This document shows, piece by piece, positions 9,364-20,237 of a stretch of 64,000 bases of DNA. The stretch covers positions 2,304,001-2,368,000 of the forward strand of contig OZ246001.1 in the NCBI GenBank assembly GCA_965230295.1, given 5' to 3'. Every line of letters begins with the position of its first letter. Position 1 is the first letter of the stretch. Position numbers and translations under genes: made by a program. Source of the stretch: Marinicella sp. Lineage in GTDB: Bacteria; Pseudomonadota; Gammaproteobacteria; Xanthomonadales; Marinicellaceae. Under the pieces are notes generated by a model, which worked only from the letters and a program-made list of their open reading frames with translations, did no database searches and was not told where the DNA came from.

Positions 9364-10746
9364 ATGAAATACATTGATAACAAATTTATTTTGATCATAA
9401 GCCTGCTGATTTCTTTTGAAGCATGGTCATTCAAGTGTGATTTTTCAACAGACGTTCCAATACCAGAGTGCAATGCATTGAACGTTGCCTTTACATCTCT
9501 GGGCATATTAAATTCAACATTCAGCCAGCAAGTCAAAGATGATTGGGGTGATCCAAACCACAACACGGTTTGTGACACCCATGATGGTCCTTATGGGATC
9601 TTCTGTTCGGGCAATCAAGTAACCAGAATAACCATATTTAATCAATCCATCTCAGGCAACATCCCTTCAGAGTTCGGAAACCTCACTGGTTTGGAAAGGT
9701 TAGAATTGGCCAGCAATGGAAACCTAACCGGCAGCATTCCCCCGGAACTGGGAAACCTGAGCAACTTGCAAGATCTTTACTTGGGACAAAATAACCTGAC
9801 TGGCAACATCCCATCTGAGCTGGGTAATCTGTCTTCCATTCTTTCCATACACTTGGGAGGTAATAACCTCACCGGTTCCATTCCTCCTGAGCTCGCCAAC
9901 CTCTCAAGTCTAGGGTTCTTAAATCTGGATAACAATAACCTGTCAGGCACCATTCCTGCCGAGTTAGGTAACCTGAATAACCTGCGAGAATTTATCTTGT
10001 CTTACAATGAAAATTTGACCGGTGCCATCCCGCCGGAACTGGGTAACCTCACTCAGTTGGAATCACTTCAGTTGATTCTTAACAATTTCACTGGTGTGAT
10101 TCCTCCAGAGTTGGGGAGCCTTGTGAATTTACAACGCTTGAGTGTGTCTGGTAATAACCTCAGTGGCAACATTCCACAGGCTTTGACAAACCTGTCCAAC
10201 TTGTATGAATTGGGTTTGAGCGACAACAATTTTGATGGTCCCATCCCCAGTGGGCTGGGAGATCTGATTGATTTAGAGTTCTTGAGTTTATCCCTTAACA
10301 AACTTTCTGGTGACATACCCCCATCATTGGGCAATCTGTCAAACTTGCAATTCCTGTTCTTGAACAACAATGAATTGACCGGCTTCATCCCTCAAGAATT
10401 GGGCAGCCTGACTGGCTTGCAATTTCTGAATTTAAGCAACAACAATTTGACCGGATTGATTCCTGCAGAGTTGGATAACCTACAGAGTTTGTTTTTCCTG
10501 TTCTTGAATGACAATTATTTACTGGGTGATTTTCCAGACATCAGGGGCGCAGGCATTCCTGCTCCTTCAGAAAACCTGCTGATTCAAAACAATTGCTTGA
10601 CGCCCAATTCAGATCCCAGTGTGAATGACTGGATTGACGCCAGAACCAGTTTGACTTCAGGTTTGCAGGCTCAGTATCCAGATGCCAACGTCTGTTTAGA
10701 TGTTTTCATTGAATATGACCTCATTTTTGACAGTGCTTTTGAATGA
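9364..10746 (+). CDS. Secreted leucine-rich-repeat protein with plant-type (PS) 24-residue LRRs
   Basis: Signal peptide, Cys-containing LRRNT-like cap, 12 repeats of [ST]GxIPxELGNLxxLxxLxLxxNxL, C-terminal DLIFDSAFE. Confidence 0.92.
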   Translation: MKYIDNKFILIISLLISFEAWSFKCDFSTDVPIPECNALNVAFTSLGILNSTFSQQVKDDWGDPNHNTVCDTHDGPYGIFCSGNQVTRITIFNQSISGNIPSEFGNLTGLERLELASNGNLTGSIPPELGNLSNLQDLYLGQNNLTGNIPSELGNLSSILSIHLGGNNLTGSIPPELANLSSLGFLNLDNNNLSGTIPAELGNLNNLREFILSYNENLTGAIPPELGNLTQLESLQLILNNFTGVIPPELGSLVNLQRLSVSGNNLSGNIPQALTNLSNLYELGLSDNNFDGPIPSGLGDLIDLEFLSLSLNKLSGDIPPSLGNLSNLQFLFLNNNELTGFIPQELGSLTGLQFLNLSNNNLTGLIPAELDNLQSLFFLFLNDNYLLGDFPDIRGAGIPAPSENLLIQNNCLTPNSDPSVNDWIDARTSLTSGLQAQYPDANVCLDVFIEYDLIFDSAFE

Positions 10747-10764
10747 ATATAAAAGCAAGGCGAT

Positions 10765-11463
10765 TCAATGGTTTTCAAGAATGAGTTGATAACCTGTTTT
10801 TGAGACGGTTTTGATTTGTGTTTGAAGGCTGCCATCCAGTTGACATTTTTTTCGCAGTTCAGCAATGTGTGTATCCACAGTACGACTGTTGATGGCCGCC
10901 TGATGACCCCAAACTTCTTGCATCAATTCAAGGCGCGAGATGGCCCGGTTTAAATTTCGACTCAAATACAACAACAACAGGTATTCTTTGGGTGCCAAAT
11001 CAATTGGCTCATGCTCTTTACAAACCAGTCGTCGGTCCTCGTTGATACTCAAATGGCCTACAAGCGTCAGCGCCTTATCAGCTAAGTGGGTGGTTGGCTG
11101 ACCAACCCTTCTCAACAAAGCTTCCACCCGCGCCAACAATTCCATCAAGCCAAAAGGTTTGGTTAAATAATCATCGGCACCTGAACGCAATGCCCGGACT
11201 TTGTCCATTTCCATGGACCGTGCAGTTAAGCACAGTGTAGGGATTTTAATCTTTTTTTGTTGCAGCTGGTTGATGATGCTGAATCCATCAACATGGGGCA
11301 ACATCATGTCCAGGATCAATAAATCAGGATGACTAGATATGATGTGTGGCACGGCATCAGCACCATCATGACACAGGGTTACTTGATAACCTTCTAGCAA
11401 CAAGTTTGATTCCAGGCCCTTGGCCAATTCAATGTTGTCTTCTATAACTGCAATGGTAGTCAT
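10765..11463 (-). CDS. OmpR-family response regulator
   Basis: REC domain (IEDN, LDMMLP, GADDYLTKPF) plus winged helix (SRTVDTHIAELRKK). Confidence 0.95.
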   Translation of the reverse strand: MTTIAVIEDNIELAKGLESNLLLEGYQVTLCHDGADAVPHIISSHPDLLILDMMLPHVDGFSIINQLQQKKIKIPTLCLTARSMEMDKVRALRSGADDYLTKPFGLMELLARVEALLRRVGQPTTHLADKALTLVGHLSINEDRRLVCKEHEPIDLAPKEYLLLLYLSRNLNRAISRLELMQEVWGHQAAINSRTVDTHIAELRKKCQLDGSLQTQIKTVSKTGYQLILENH

Positions 11464-13073
11464 GCATGGTCCTCTGATTTGTTTTCTGGATATAAAGGCA
11501 AGGTGATGACCACTGTTAAGCCGACTGCCGGGTGTTCAAATGACATTTGTCCACCGAGTTGTTGGCATAAGTTGTTGGCAATGCTGAGACCTAAGCCGTT
11601 GCCATTGATACCACGGTGCTCATCCCGTTCTAAGCGCTGATACGTTTGCAACATTTGCTTCACCTGTTGTTTAGGTATACCTGGCCCTTGGTCGGTAATT
11701 TTTAGGATCATGAATTGGGTTAATTTTTTGATTTCAATGGTTATTATCTGTTGTGGAGGGCCAAATTTTACGGCATTGTCCAGTACATTGATCAACACTT
11801 GTTTGAGCAAATTGGGGTCCGTTGCGATGTACAGTTCATCCTGGGTTTGCACATCAACTTGAATGTTCTTTTGTTGCCACACAATATTTTGTTGTGTCAG
11901 CAAATCATTAAGAAATGGTGTGATGTGAAGCTCTTCAGTGAGCACATTGATTTGGTTTTGTTGAATTTGTTGTTGCTGCAGGATGTTGTCAACCAAGTGG
12001 CTCAAACGGATGCTTTCCTGATGTATGACTTTGAGGTAATGATGTTGCTTGGCATCGTCTTTTTCCCGACCCAACTCCAAAGTCTCGGCAAACAAGCGAA
12101 TTTGAGTCAATGGTGTTTTCAGTTCATGTGATGCTCGGGCAATGAACTGTTCTTTTTGTCTGGTCAGTACATTGGTGCGGCGATACAACCAAAACATGAT
12201 AATCATGGCAGAGATGGCCAAGCCAATAAGAATCAGTAATTGAGGCAATTGTGTTTGTGGCAAACCGCCAATGATAAGTTGACTGGCCAGCGCTCGATCG
12301 ATGTGAGCTGTCAGCAGGTACCCGGCAAACAATGCACCGTAATCATCATCAATGGTAATGCTGTGATGATTCGCCGATTCAACAGCATGGCTTGACTGCC
12401 AAAGGACCTGACCTTGAGCGTTTTTAAAGAAAAATGTCAAGCCGACGTTGTCTTTATTGTCAGTCAAAACAGTGGGTAAAACCGCTTTGTTGTCATACAA
12501 AAAATCAAACCCACCTCGCACCAAGGCATCGTTGTATTCGGTGATGACACTGTATTTTGAATTGATTCGGATGAGGCTTTTGAACGACAGGGTTTGGCTG
12601 TCCAAGTCGTGAAGGGCTTGGATGCCAGGTCCGTCATCTGTTTGTGTGGCCGGGATGGAAGTATCAACTGCTTGGGTTAACTGAGGGTGTACAACGGCAT
12701 TCAGGGTTTGCCTTTCATGATCCAGAATCTGAACGTTGGTCAAAGCTTCCTTGACCCTGGTTCGACTGGGGTTTAACTGTTCATTGGGGGTGTTTAAAAA
12801 ATCAATGATCGTGCTGTTAGGATTACCGGGTCCAGTCCACGCCTGGCCCAAATCAAACATCGCCGCATAGCCAATTTGACCTTTGATGTTTCGGGCAAAT
12901 TGTTGTGCTGCCATGGCAGCATAGTCATTCAAAACAGCACTCACCGTCACTGTTTGTTTTTCTTGGTTGTGCTGTATCTGCCAAATAAAGCCCAACATGA
13001 CCGCAAAATTTACCAGCATCATTGTGATTAACAGGTATTGTTGCCAGGATTTATGTTGTTCAGTACTGATCAA
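11460..13073 (-). CDS. Membrane sensor histidine kinase
   Basis: Two TM segments, SHELKTPL H-box, NVLDNAVKF, DQGPGIP, GNGLGLSI. Confidence 0.93.
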   Translation of the reverse strand: MISTEQHKSWQQYLLITMMLVNFAVMLGFIWQIQHNQEKQTVTVSAVLNDYAAMAAQQFARNIKGQIGYAAMFDLGQAWTGPGNPNSTIIDFLNTPNEQLNPSRTRVKEALTNVQILDHERQTLNAVVHPQLTQAVDTSIPATQTDDGPGIQALHDLDSQTLSFKSLIRINSKYSVITEYNDALVRGGFDFLYDNKAVLPTVLTDNKDNVGLTFFFKNAQGQVLWQSSHAVESANHHSITIDDDYGALFAGYLLTAHIDRALASQLIIGGLPQTQLPQLLILIGLAISAMIIMFWLYRRTNVLTRQKEQFIARASHELKTPLTQIRLFAETLELGREKDDAKQHHYLKVIHQESIRLSHLVDNILQQQQIQQNQINVLTEELHITPFLNDLLTQQNIVWQQKNIQVDVQTQDELYIATDPNLLKQVLINVLDNAVKFGPPQQIITIEIKKLTQFMILKITDQGPGIPKQQVKQMLQTYQRLERDEHRGINGNGLGLSIANNLCQQLGGQMSFEHPAVGLTVVITLPLYPENKSEDHA

Positions 13074-13154
13074 AGGAGTCGTTGTTTTTGATACACCATC
13101 AGTTTAACTTGAATCAAGCCAAGCCGCAAAGTGATGCCTGCTTATGAAGGTAAT

Positions 13155-13183
13155 CCTGACAATTCCCTGACAAAACCTCAACC
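13155..13183. promoter_or_regulatory. Direct repeat, putative OmpR-family operator
   Basis: cctgacaa at 13155 and 13166 (11-bp period) plus a degenerate cctcaa, in the divergent promoter between the two-component genes and the cytochrome. Confidence 0.5.
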
Positions 13184-13238
13184 TATTTTAATGGTGTGCT
13201 CGCTATGATGATTGGAATTAAAATCAATGAGGATATTC

Positions 13239-13952
13239 ATGAAAAAGTTACTGGCTTTGTTGTGTTGTTTGCCCATGTTAGTGGTGGCTGACATATTTGA
13301 TGATCCACAAAACCTTAAAGTGTTGGATGAAAAAATCTCACCTGTTGAGCTGCGAAATACCATGAGGATGTTTTCGCAAAGTTTGGGCGTGCGTTGTCAA
13401 CATTGTCATGTGGGCGAGGAAGGCCAGTCGCTGAGGGAATTTGATTTCGCTGCCGATGACAAAGAATCCAAGGAAAAGGCACGCTTCATGTATAAAATGG
13501 TCAATGACCTCAATCAACACATGGTGACAGGGATCAAAGACCGAAAGGTGAAAATTGAATGCATCACCTGTCACCGCGGAGCACCCACGCCCATTCAAAC
13601 AGTCGATTTACTGAAAAACACATTTGATGAGCAAGGTGTTGAGAAGGCTTTGGCAAAACATGATGAGCTGAAAAATCAATTTTATGGATCTCACACCCAT
13701 GATTTCACAGAGAATACTTTACTCAGATTGGCGCAGAGGGTGCACAAAGAGAATCCAGATACCAGCTTAAAAATCCTTCTGAAAAACATAGAAATCCATC
13801 CAAAAAGTTATCAGACCTTGTTTTATTTAGGAGAGTCATATGCCACCAAGAAAGATTTCAAATTGGCTTTGAATTATTTAGAACAGGCTTATAAGTTACA
13901 GCCCAACCCGTTCTTGGAGAAGAAGATAAAAGCCCTTAAAGAGCAGCTTTAA
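13239..13952 (+). CDS. Periplasmic diheme c-type cytochrome (reaction-centre cytochrome c-like domain) with C-terminal TPR
   Basis: GAGGA RBS before ATG 13239, signal peptide, NLKVL motif, CQHCH and CITCH heme sites, TPR-like tail. Confidence 0.85.
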   Translation: MKKLLALLCCLPMLVVADIFDDPQNLKVLDEKISPVELRNTMRMFSQSLGVRCQHCHVGEEGQSLREFDFAADDKESKEKARFMYKMVNDLNQHMVTGIKDRKVKIECITCHRGAPTPIQTVDLLKNTFDEQGVEKALAKHDELKNQFYGSHTHDFTENTLLRLAQRVHKENPDTSLKILLKNIEIHPKSYQTLFYLGESYATKKDFKLALNYLEQAYKLQPNPFLEKKIKALKEQL

Positions 13953-13976
13953 CAACTGCTCTTTGATCCATGCTTT

Positions 13977-16205
13977 TTATACCAGATTCAAATCTTTCAT
14001 CGGTAAGCGGCGATGTCGTTTGCCATTGGCGGCATAAATGGCATTACATATGGCCGGGGCCACAGGTGGCAGGCCGGGTTCACCCACTCCCGTTGGTAGC
14101 GCATCGCTTTTAACCAGGTGCACATGAATGTCAGGGATCTGATGGATGCGGGACATTTGGTAATCATCAAAATTGCCTTGTTCAATGATACCGTCTTTGG
14201 CAGTGATTTCACCGTAAAAAGCCAGTGATGCACCAAATATGGCTGAGCCTTCCATCTGTGAAATCACCCGGTCCGGGTTGAGGATTTTGCCGGCATCGAC
14301 GGCCATGTGGATGTCTTCCAGTTTGACCTTGTTGCCATCAGTTGATACTTTCACCACCACCGCAATGTAGCTCAAAAAGCTGCGCCAGGCGGCCACGCCC
14401 ATACCCACACCTTCAGGCAAATCCTGGCCCCAATTGGCTTTTTCTGCTGCCAGTTTAATCACATGTTTCAGGCGGCTGGTTTCAGCCGGGTATTGTTCAG
14501 CGGGTTCTCCGTAGTTGCTGTATTTGAAGCCGTCAGCTTCGAAATCTTCGGTCCGATCGCTACCGATCAATCCCAATAAAAAGTCTTTGCTGTCTTGACC
14601 AGCGGCATGGGCCATTTCATCAACAAAAGAAGACGCTGCAAAGACGTTGTTGATGTTGGTCACGGAGCGGACCCAGCCGATGCGCATGAAGGTGTCGGTT
14701 TCACCCAAAGCGATCTTGATGTTAGGTACTTCAAACATCATGTCGCCTTGGCCCAAATCGGTGCTACCAGCGGTTTTGGCTGAAGGGTCAAAAGTGGCAC
14801 TGATCGGATGATTGACCATGGCATGGTACCAGCTGGTGACCTGGTTTTTGTCATCCAATGTGCCGGTTAATTTTTGATAACTGGGCGAATGGTAATAGCC
14901 ATGTTTGACTTCATCTTCACGCGTCCACAAGACCTTGACAGGCATTTTGGTTTCATTGGCCAGGTAGGCGGCTTCGGCGACGAAATCTGGTTTGGATTTA
15001 CGCCCAAACCCACCGCCCAACAAGGTCACATTGATTTCCACATTGGCGGCATTTTCTTGTGGTATTTGTAAGGTGCCCATGACGTTTCGTTGGGAAGCTT
15101 GCGGGGTTTGGGTACAGGCCCACACTTCAACCCGATCACCATTGATTCGCGCCGTGGCTGCCGGTGGTTCCATGGTGGCATGGACCAAACCCGCCACATG
15201 GTAATCGGCTTCAATGGTTTTGGTTGCATTGGCCTTCGCCTGATCCACATCGCCGCGGGTTCGCACCACTTCTTTGGGATCTTCCAGTGCTTTGATGAAC
15301 ACCGCTTCATGGTCTTTGGTGCTGTAACTGGCATTGCTGCCATGGTCCCATTCGATCTTTAACTTGTCACGGCCTTGGATGGCTGCCCAGGTGTTCTCGG
15401 CGATCACCGCCACACCGCCGAGCATTTTGAACATGGCCGGTGGGGTTAAAGCGGGTAGTTCCACCACTTTAATCACGCCAGGTACTTTCATGGCCTCAGT
15501 TGAATCCACACTTTTGACAGTGCCAAAGACCACCGGTGGCCGAGCGATGACGGCAAATTTCATGTCATCTAACTCAACATCAAAACCAAAAACAGCTTTA
15601 CCGGTGACGATTTCATGACCATCCAAATTGTCCATGTTGGGCTTGCCCACATATTTTTGCTCGGCTTCGGTTTTCAGTTTGAGGCTTTCGCGGGCGGGGA
15701 CTTCCAGTTTACTGGCGATTTTAACCAGCTCCTTGAAGTCCAAAGATTGGTCTTGGTGTTTGGCCTGGTGGTTTTCAATGGTGATTTGATCGACTGGTAC
15801 CGACCACACTTTGGCGGCAGCTTGCTGTAGCATGGTGCGCATGATGGCGCCAGCTTCTTTGAGTTTTTGGTAGTTTTTCCGCACACTGCGAGAGCCATCG
15901 GTGTTTTGGCTGCCGTATTTGGCATCCCCCAAAGCTTGTTTGACCGTCACTCGATCCCAATCGGCTTCCATTTCATCAGCCACCAACAATGGCAATGTAC
16001 TGCGGATGCCTTGACCCATTTCACTGCGATGAGAAATGATGGTGACTTGTCCTGCATCGTCCATTGAAACAAACACATCGGGGTTGAATACCGATGACTC
16101 ATGGTGTTTGGCCAATAACGGTGAGAATTGGATGCCTAAAACCAGGGTTCCAGTCGCTAAACCGGTGCCTTGTAAAAACTGCCTGCGATTTATTTTCTTG
16201 ATCAT
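13977..16205 (-). CDS. iorB: Isoquinoline 1-oxidoreductase beta-like / xanthine dehydrogenase family molybdopterin subunit
   Basis: Tat signal NRRQFL, RSEMGQG, GGGFGRK, GVGEPG; likely start MIKKINRR at 16205. Confidence 0.9.
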   Translation of the reverse strand: MIKKINRRQFLQGTGLATGTLVLGIQFSPLLAKHHESSVFNPDVFVSMDDAGQVTIISHRSEMGQGIRSTLPLLVADEMEADWDRVTVKQALGDAKYGSQNTDGSRSVRKNYQKLKEAGAIMRTMLQQAAAKVWSVPVDQITIENHQAKHQDQSLDFKELVKIASKLEVPARESLKLKTEAEQKYVGKPNMDNLDGHEIVTGKAVFGFDVELDDMKFAVIARPPVVFGTVKSVDSTEAMKVPGVIKVVELPALTPPAMFKMLGGVAVIAENTWAAIQGRDKLKIEWDHGSNASYSTKDHEAVFIKALEDPKEVVRTRGDVDQAKANATKTIEADYHVAGLVHATMEPPAATARINGDRVEVWACTQTPQASQRNVMGTLQIPQENAANVEINVTLLGGGFGRKSKPDFVAEAAYLANETKMPVKVLWTREDEVKHGYYHSPSYQKLTGTLDDKNQVTSWYHAMVNHPISATFDPSAKTAGSTDLGQGDMMFEVPNIKIALGETDTFMRIGWVRSVTNINNVFAASSFVDEMAHAAGQDSKDFLLGLIGSDRTEDFEADGFKYSNYGEPAEQYPAETSRLKHVIKLAAEKANWGQDLPEGVGMGVAAWRSFLSYIAVVVKVSTDGNKVKLEDIHMAVDAGKILNPDRVISQMEGSAIFGASLAFYGEITAKDGIIEQGNFDDYQMSRIHQIPDIHVHLVKSDALPTGVGEPGLPPVAPAICNAIYAANGKRHRRLPMKDLNLV

Positions 16206-16672
16206 GACAGTGCTCCTTTGGCTTGAGCCTTGGCGGCTTGCTTGATGGCGGCACGAATTCGCGGGTAGGTACCACAACGACAAATGTTGCCAGCCATGGC
16301 GGCATTGATGTCATCGTCACTGGGGTTGCTGTTATTGGCCAACAATGCCGTGGCAGACATGATTTGCCCGGTTTGACAATAACCACACTGGGCCACTTTT
16401 AATTCTTGCCAAGCTTGTTGAACCGGGTGATCGCCGTTGGTAGACAAGCCCTCAATGGTGGTGATGGATTTGCCTTTGGCGTATGACATGGGCGTGATAC
16501 AAGAACGCATCGCTTGTCCATCAATGTGAACAGTACAGGCACCACAGATGCCTTTCCCACAGCCGTATTTACTGCCGGTCAATTTGGCCACGTCCCGCAA
16601 GGCCCACAATAATGGCATGTCGTCACTGACGTCCAGTTTGGATAGTTTGCCGTTAATTTTAAGTTCTATCAT
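16202..16672 (-). CDS. iorA: (2Fe-2S)-binding subunit, IorA-like
   Basis: [27 protein letters not shown]. Confidence 0.93.
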   Translation of the reverse strand: MIELKINGKLSKLDVSDDMPLLWALRDVAKLTGSKYGCGKGICGACTVHIDGQAMRSCITPMSYAKGKSITTIEGLSTNGDHPVQQAWQELKVAQCGYCQTGQIMSATALLANNSNPSDDDINAAMAGNICRCGTYPRIRAAIKQAAKAQAKGALS

Positions 16673-16824
16673 GTCTGTACCCCGATTTTTAATAGGCAAT
16701 CAGTATACCATTTACAATGCCTTTTGATGTAGGTCAAAAGATACACTTTTCAGGTTTATAAAACATAGGTTATTGCTAGGTACTGCGGTATAATAACGAA
16801 CGTTTGAAATAATAAAAAAACGTC

Positions 16825-18405
16825 TTGAATAAATTTGACTACATTGTGGTTGGTGCTGGCTCAGCCGGCTGTGTGTTGGCCAACCGATTATCCGCCAATG
16901 GAAAACATTCTGTGCTGTTGGTTGAAGCCGGTGGCACCGATTGGAATCCCTTGATCCACATGCCTGCTGGTTTGGCCAAGCTGGTGGGCGTCAAATCCAT
17001 CAACTGGAGTTACGACACCGCACCAGAGCCGCATTTAAACAACCGCCGCTTGTATTGGCCCAGAGGTAAAGTCTTGGGTGGCTCCTCTTCCATCAACGCC
17101 ATGTGTTATTGTCGAGGTCATCGCAAAGATTACGATCATTGGGCAGCCTTGGGCAATCCAGGATGGGGCAGTGAAGATGTGTTGCCTTATTTCATGAAAA
17201 GCGAAAACAATCAGCGGCTCAAGAATGAATTTCACAGTGATGACGGTTTGTTGTCAGTGATGGACCACAAATACACCAACCCCCTAAGTGATGTGTTTCT
17301 TGAAGCCACAGAACAAGCTGGTTATGACCAAACTGATGACTTCAATGGTCTGCGCCAAAGGGGCTTTGGTTATTACCAGGTCACCCAAAAAGACGGTCAA
17401 CGTCATTCGACGGCCCAAGCGTTCCTTAAACCAGTCAAAACCCGTAAAAACTTAACGATTTGGACCAAAACCATGGCCCAAAAGGTTGTGTTAACGGACA
17501 AGAAAGCCACGGGTCTGGTGGTCAAAAAAGGCAGCCAGGTGATTGAGCTTCAAGCCAACAAGGAAGTGATTTTATCAGGTGGTGCGATCAATTCACCGCA
17601 ATTGTTGATGCTCTCAGGCATCGGTCAAGCCAGTGAATTGGCTGAACACGGTATCGATTGTCAGCATGAATTGCCAGGTGTGGGTAAAAACTTACAAGAT
17701 CATTTGGACGTGTGCCTGGTGCAACGGTGTAGCCAAAAGATCACCTATGACACCGTCAGTGAAATCCTGTCAGGCTTGAAATACTTTTTATTCAAAGAAG
17801 GCCCCGGAACCTCTAATGTGGCTGAAGCCGGTGGGTTTTGGCAGAGCCCTTTGGCGGAAGATGATCGACCTGATCTGCAATTTCATTTCGTGCCAGCCAT
17901 TTTGGATGACCATGGCCGCAACCGCATCAAAGGGAACGGCTATACCCTGCACATGTGTGTGTTGCGCCCTGAAAGCCGTGGTTCCATTAAATTGAATTCC
18001 GCCAACCCGGAAGACCACCCACACATCCAAGCCAATTACCTGGCAGTGGAACATGATTTGAAACTGATGATTGAAGGCTTCAAAATTCAGCGCAAGATTT
18101 TCGCGGCCAAAGCTTTTGATGATTACCGAGCTGATGAGCTGTTTCCTGGCAGTGACACCCAGACCGATGAAGAGATCGTTGAGTTCATCAAAAAGAAATC
18201 AGAGTCGATATACCACCCCATTGGTACCTGTAAAATGGGTTCGGATGACATGGCCGTGGTGGACCATCATTTGAAAGTCCATGGGATCGATGGCTTGCGG
18301 GTGGTGGATGCATCAGCCATGCCCACCTTGGTCTCTGGCAACACCAATGCGCCGACCATCATGATGGCCGAAAAAATCAGTGATCACATCCTGAATAATC
18401 AATGA
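16825..18405 (+). CDS. GMC oxidoreductase (choline dehydrogenase-like)
   Basis: GAGSAG FAD motif, RGKVLGGSSSIN, GVGKNLQDH, YHPIGTCKMG, GNTNAP. Confidence 0.93.
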   Translation: MNKFDYIVVGAGSAGCVLANRLSANGKHSVLLVEAGGTDWNPLIHMPAGLAKLVGVKSINWSYDTAPEPHLNNRRLYWPRGKVLGGSSSINAMCYCRGHRKDYDHWAALGNPGWGSEDVLPYFMKSENNQRLKNEFHSDDGLLSVMDHKYTNPLSDVFLEATEQAGYDQTDDFNGLRQRGFGYYQVTQKDGQRHSTAQAFLKPVKTRKNLTIWTKTMAQKVVLTDKKATGLVVKKGSQVIELQANKEVILSGGAINSPQLLMLSGIGQASELAEHGIDCQHELPGVGKNLQDHLDVCLVQRCSQKITYDTVSEILSGLKYFLFKEGPGTSNVAEAGGFWQSPLAEDDRPDLQFHFVPAILDDHGRNRIKGNGYTLHMCVLRPESRGSIKLNSANPEDHPHIQANYLAVEHDLKLMIEGFKIQRKIFAAKAFDDYRADELFPGSDTQTDEEIVEFIKKKSESIYHPIGTCKMGSDDMAVVDHHLKVHGIDGLRVVDASAMPTLVSGNTNAPTIMMAEKISDHILNNQ

Positions 18406-18408
18406 TGC

Positions 18409-19359
18409 ATGGTTGATTTAGTGGTCAAAAGACTGCTGTGGGGCCTACCAGTGCTCTGGCTGATTTTGACCCTGACCTTTTTTTTGTTGCGTGCAGCCCC
18501 TGGCGGTCCATTCGATCAGGATCGCGAATTGACACCTGAAGTTGAACAACTGATAGCTCAAAAATACCAGCTGGATCAGCCGTTGTTGACCCAATATGGA
18601 AACTACCTAAAAAGTGTGGCCAGTGGCGATTTAGGGCCCTCATTTCAATACGCAGACCATTCAGTCAATGAGTTGATTAAACTCGGTTTACCGGTATCAT
18701 TAACGATTGGCTTCTATGCCTTGATTCTGGCCATCATCATAGGCACACTGTTGGGTATGGTGGCGGCTCTGTATGCCAACAAATGGCCCGATCTGGTGGC
18801 CATGCTGACGGCAGTGATTGGTATCAGTACCCCTAACTTTGTCATCGCGCCTTTGCTCATCATGTGGTTGGCAGTCTCTTGGCAGTGGTTGCCTGTGGGT
18901 GGCTGGTCAGGCGGCCAATGGCCGTATGTGGTGTTACCGGTGGTGACTTTAAGCTTGCCATACATAGCAGCGATAGCCCGTTTGATCCGTGGCAGCTTGC
19001 TTGAGGTTTTGAGCCAACCATTCATTCGAACCGCCCGCGCCAAAGGGCTGAAGCCACATGAGGTGATCTTCAGGCATGCTTTGCGACCTGCCATGTTGCC
19101 AGTGATCAGTTATCTGGGTCCTGCAGCTGTTGGGTTGATGACCGGATCCGTGGTGATCGAACAAATATTCGGCATCCCTGGGATGGGCCGATATTTTGTT
19201 CAAGGTGCACTGAACCGGGATTACACCCTGGTGTTGGGTGTGGTGTTGGTGATTGGGGTGATGATGTTGCTGTTCAATTTGTTGGTCGATCTGTTGTACC
19301 GGTGGGTTGATCCCCGAACGGCCCAAACAAACCGCAAAAAATCAGGGTCAATGGCATGA
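18409..19359 (+). CDS. oppB: Oligopeptide ABC transporter permease
   Basis: APGGPF, EAA-like TARAKGL, NRDYTLV. Confidence 0.9.
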   Translation: MVDLVVKRLLWGLPVLWLILTLTFFLLRAAPGGPFDQDRELTPEVEQLIAQKYQLDQPLLTQYGNYLKSVASGDLGPSFQYADHSVNELIKLGLPVSLTIGFYALILAIIIGTLLGMVAALYANKWPDLVAMLTAVIGISTPNFVIAPLLIMWLAVSWQWLPVGGWSGGQWPYVVLPVVTLSLPYIAAIARLIRGSLLEVLSQPFIRTARAKGLKPHEVIFRHALRPAMLPVISYLGPAAVGLMTGSVVIEQIFGIPGMGRYFVQGALNRDYTLVLGVVLVIGVMMLLFNLLVDLLYRWVDPRTAQTNRKKSGSMA

Positions 19360-20156
19360 AGTTAAGGCTTGGTCTCATGTTGTTGATACTGATCAGCTTG
19401 GTGGTTGTGCTGGGGCCTGTGTTCAATGATTTCGATCCGGAAACCATTCACTGGGACGACATGGCCATTGGGCCTGATGCCACCTATTGGTTTGGTACCG
19501 ATGTGATGGGCAGGGACCTGTTTATCAGGACTTTATTGGGCGGGCAAGTTTCTTTGTTGGTGGGTTTGTTGGCCACCTTGGTCAGCGTCATCATTGGTGT
19601 GGTGTATGGCATGGTGGCGGGGTTTGTCGGTGGTCGCACCGATGCCATCATGATGCGCTTGGTGGATGTGTTTTATGCTTTGCCGTTTTTATTTTTGGTG
19701 ATTTTGTTGTTGGTGTTTTTTGGCCAACACATGCTGTTGCTGTTTGTGGCCATCGGTTGTTATTTGTGGCTGGACATGGCCCGCATTGTTCGCGGACAGA
19801 CACTGGTGTTGAAAGAACAGGCCTTTGTCGAAGCGGCCCACGCCATAGGGCAAAACAAACAAGCCATCTTGTGGCGGCATATATTACCGAACCTCAAAGG
19901 CGTTGTGGTGGTTTATGCCACCTTAACCATTCCACAGGTGATCATGATTGAATCATTTTTGAGTTTTCTTGGCTTGGGCTTACAAGAACCCATGACTTCC
20001 TGGGGCTCGCTGGTGAACGAAGGCGCCAGTTACATGGAAATGGCACCATGGAGTTTATACATTCCTGCTTTATTTTTGTCATTGACACTGGTAGGATTTA
20101 ATTTATTGGGGGATGGTCTCAGAGATCGTTGGGACCCTTCTGACACAAGCAGATAA
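19356..20156 (+). CDS. oppC: Oligopeptide ABC transporter permease
   Basis: FGTD..GRDL, FVEAAHAIG, ESFLSFLGLG, GDGLRD. Confidence 0.9.
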   Translation: MKLRLGLMLLILISLVVVLGPVFNDFDPETIHWDDMAIGPDATYWFGTDVMGRDLFIRTLLGGQVSLLVGLLATLVSVIIGVVYGMVAGFVGGRTDAIMMRLVDVFYALPFLFLVILLLVFFGQHMLLLFVAIGCYLWLDMARIVRGQTLVLKEQAFVEAAHAIGQNKQAILWRHILPNLKGVVVVYATLTIPQVIMIESFLSFLGLGLQEPMTSWGSLVNEGASYMEMAPWSLYIPALFLSLTLVGFNLLGDGLRDRWDPSDTSR

Positions 20157-20237
20157 CGCATAACAATAATAAATAATAATCCGGCGCTGCTCATTCCAAC
20201 AACTCTTCGGTTGTGTGGTTTGGCACGCCCCAACAAA

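Noticed and set aside
13239-13952. Evidence for phototrophy (pufC)
   Set aside because: Only two heme motifs, and no puf/bch genes in the window
16825-18405. Calling the GMC enzyme betA
   Set aside because: No betB/betI/betT context; the substrate cannot be assigned from the sequence
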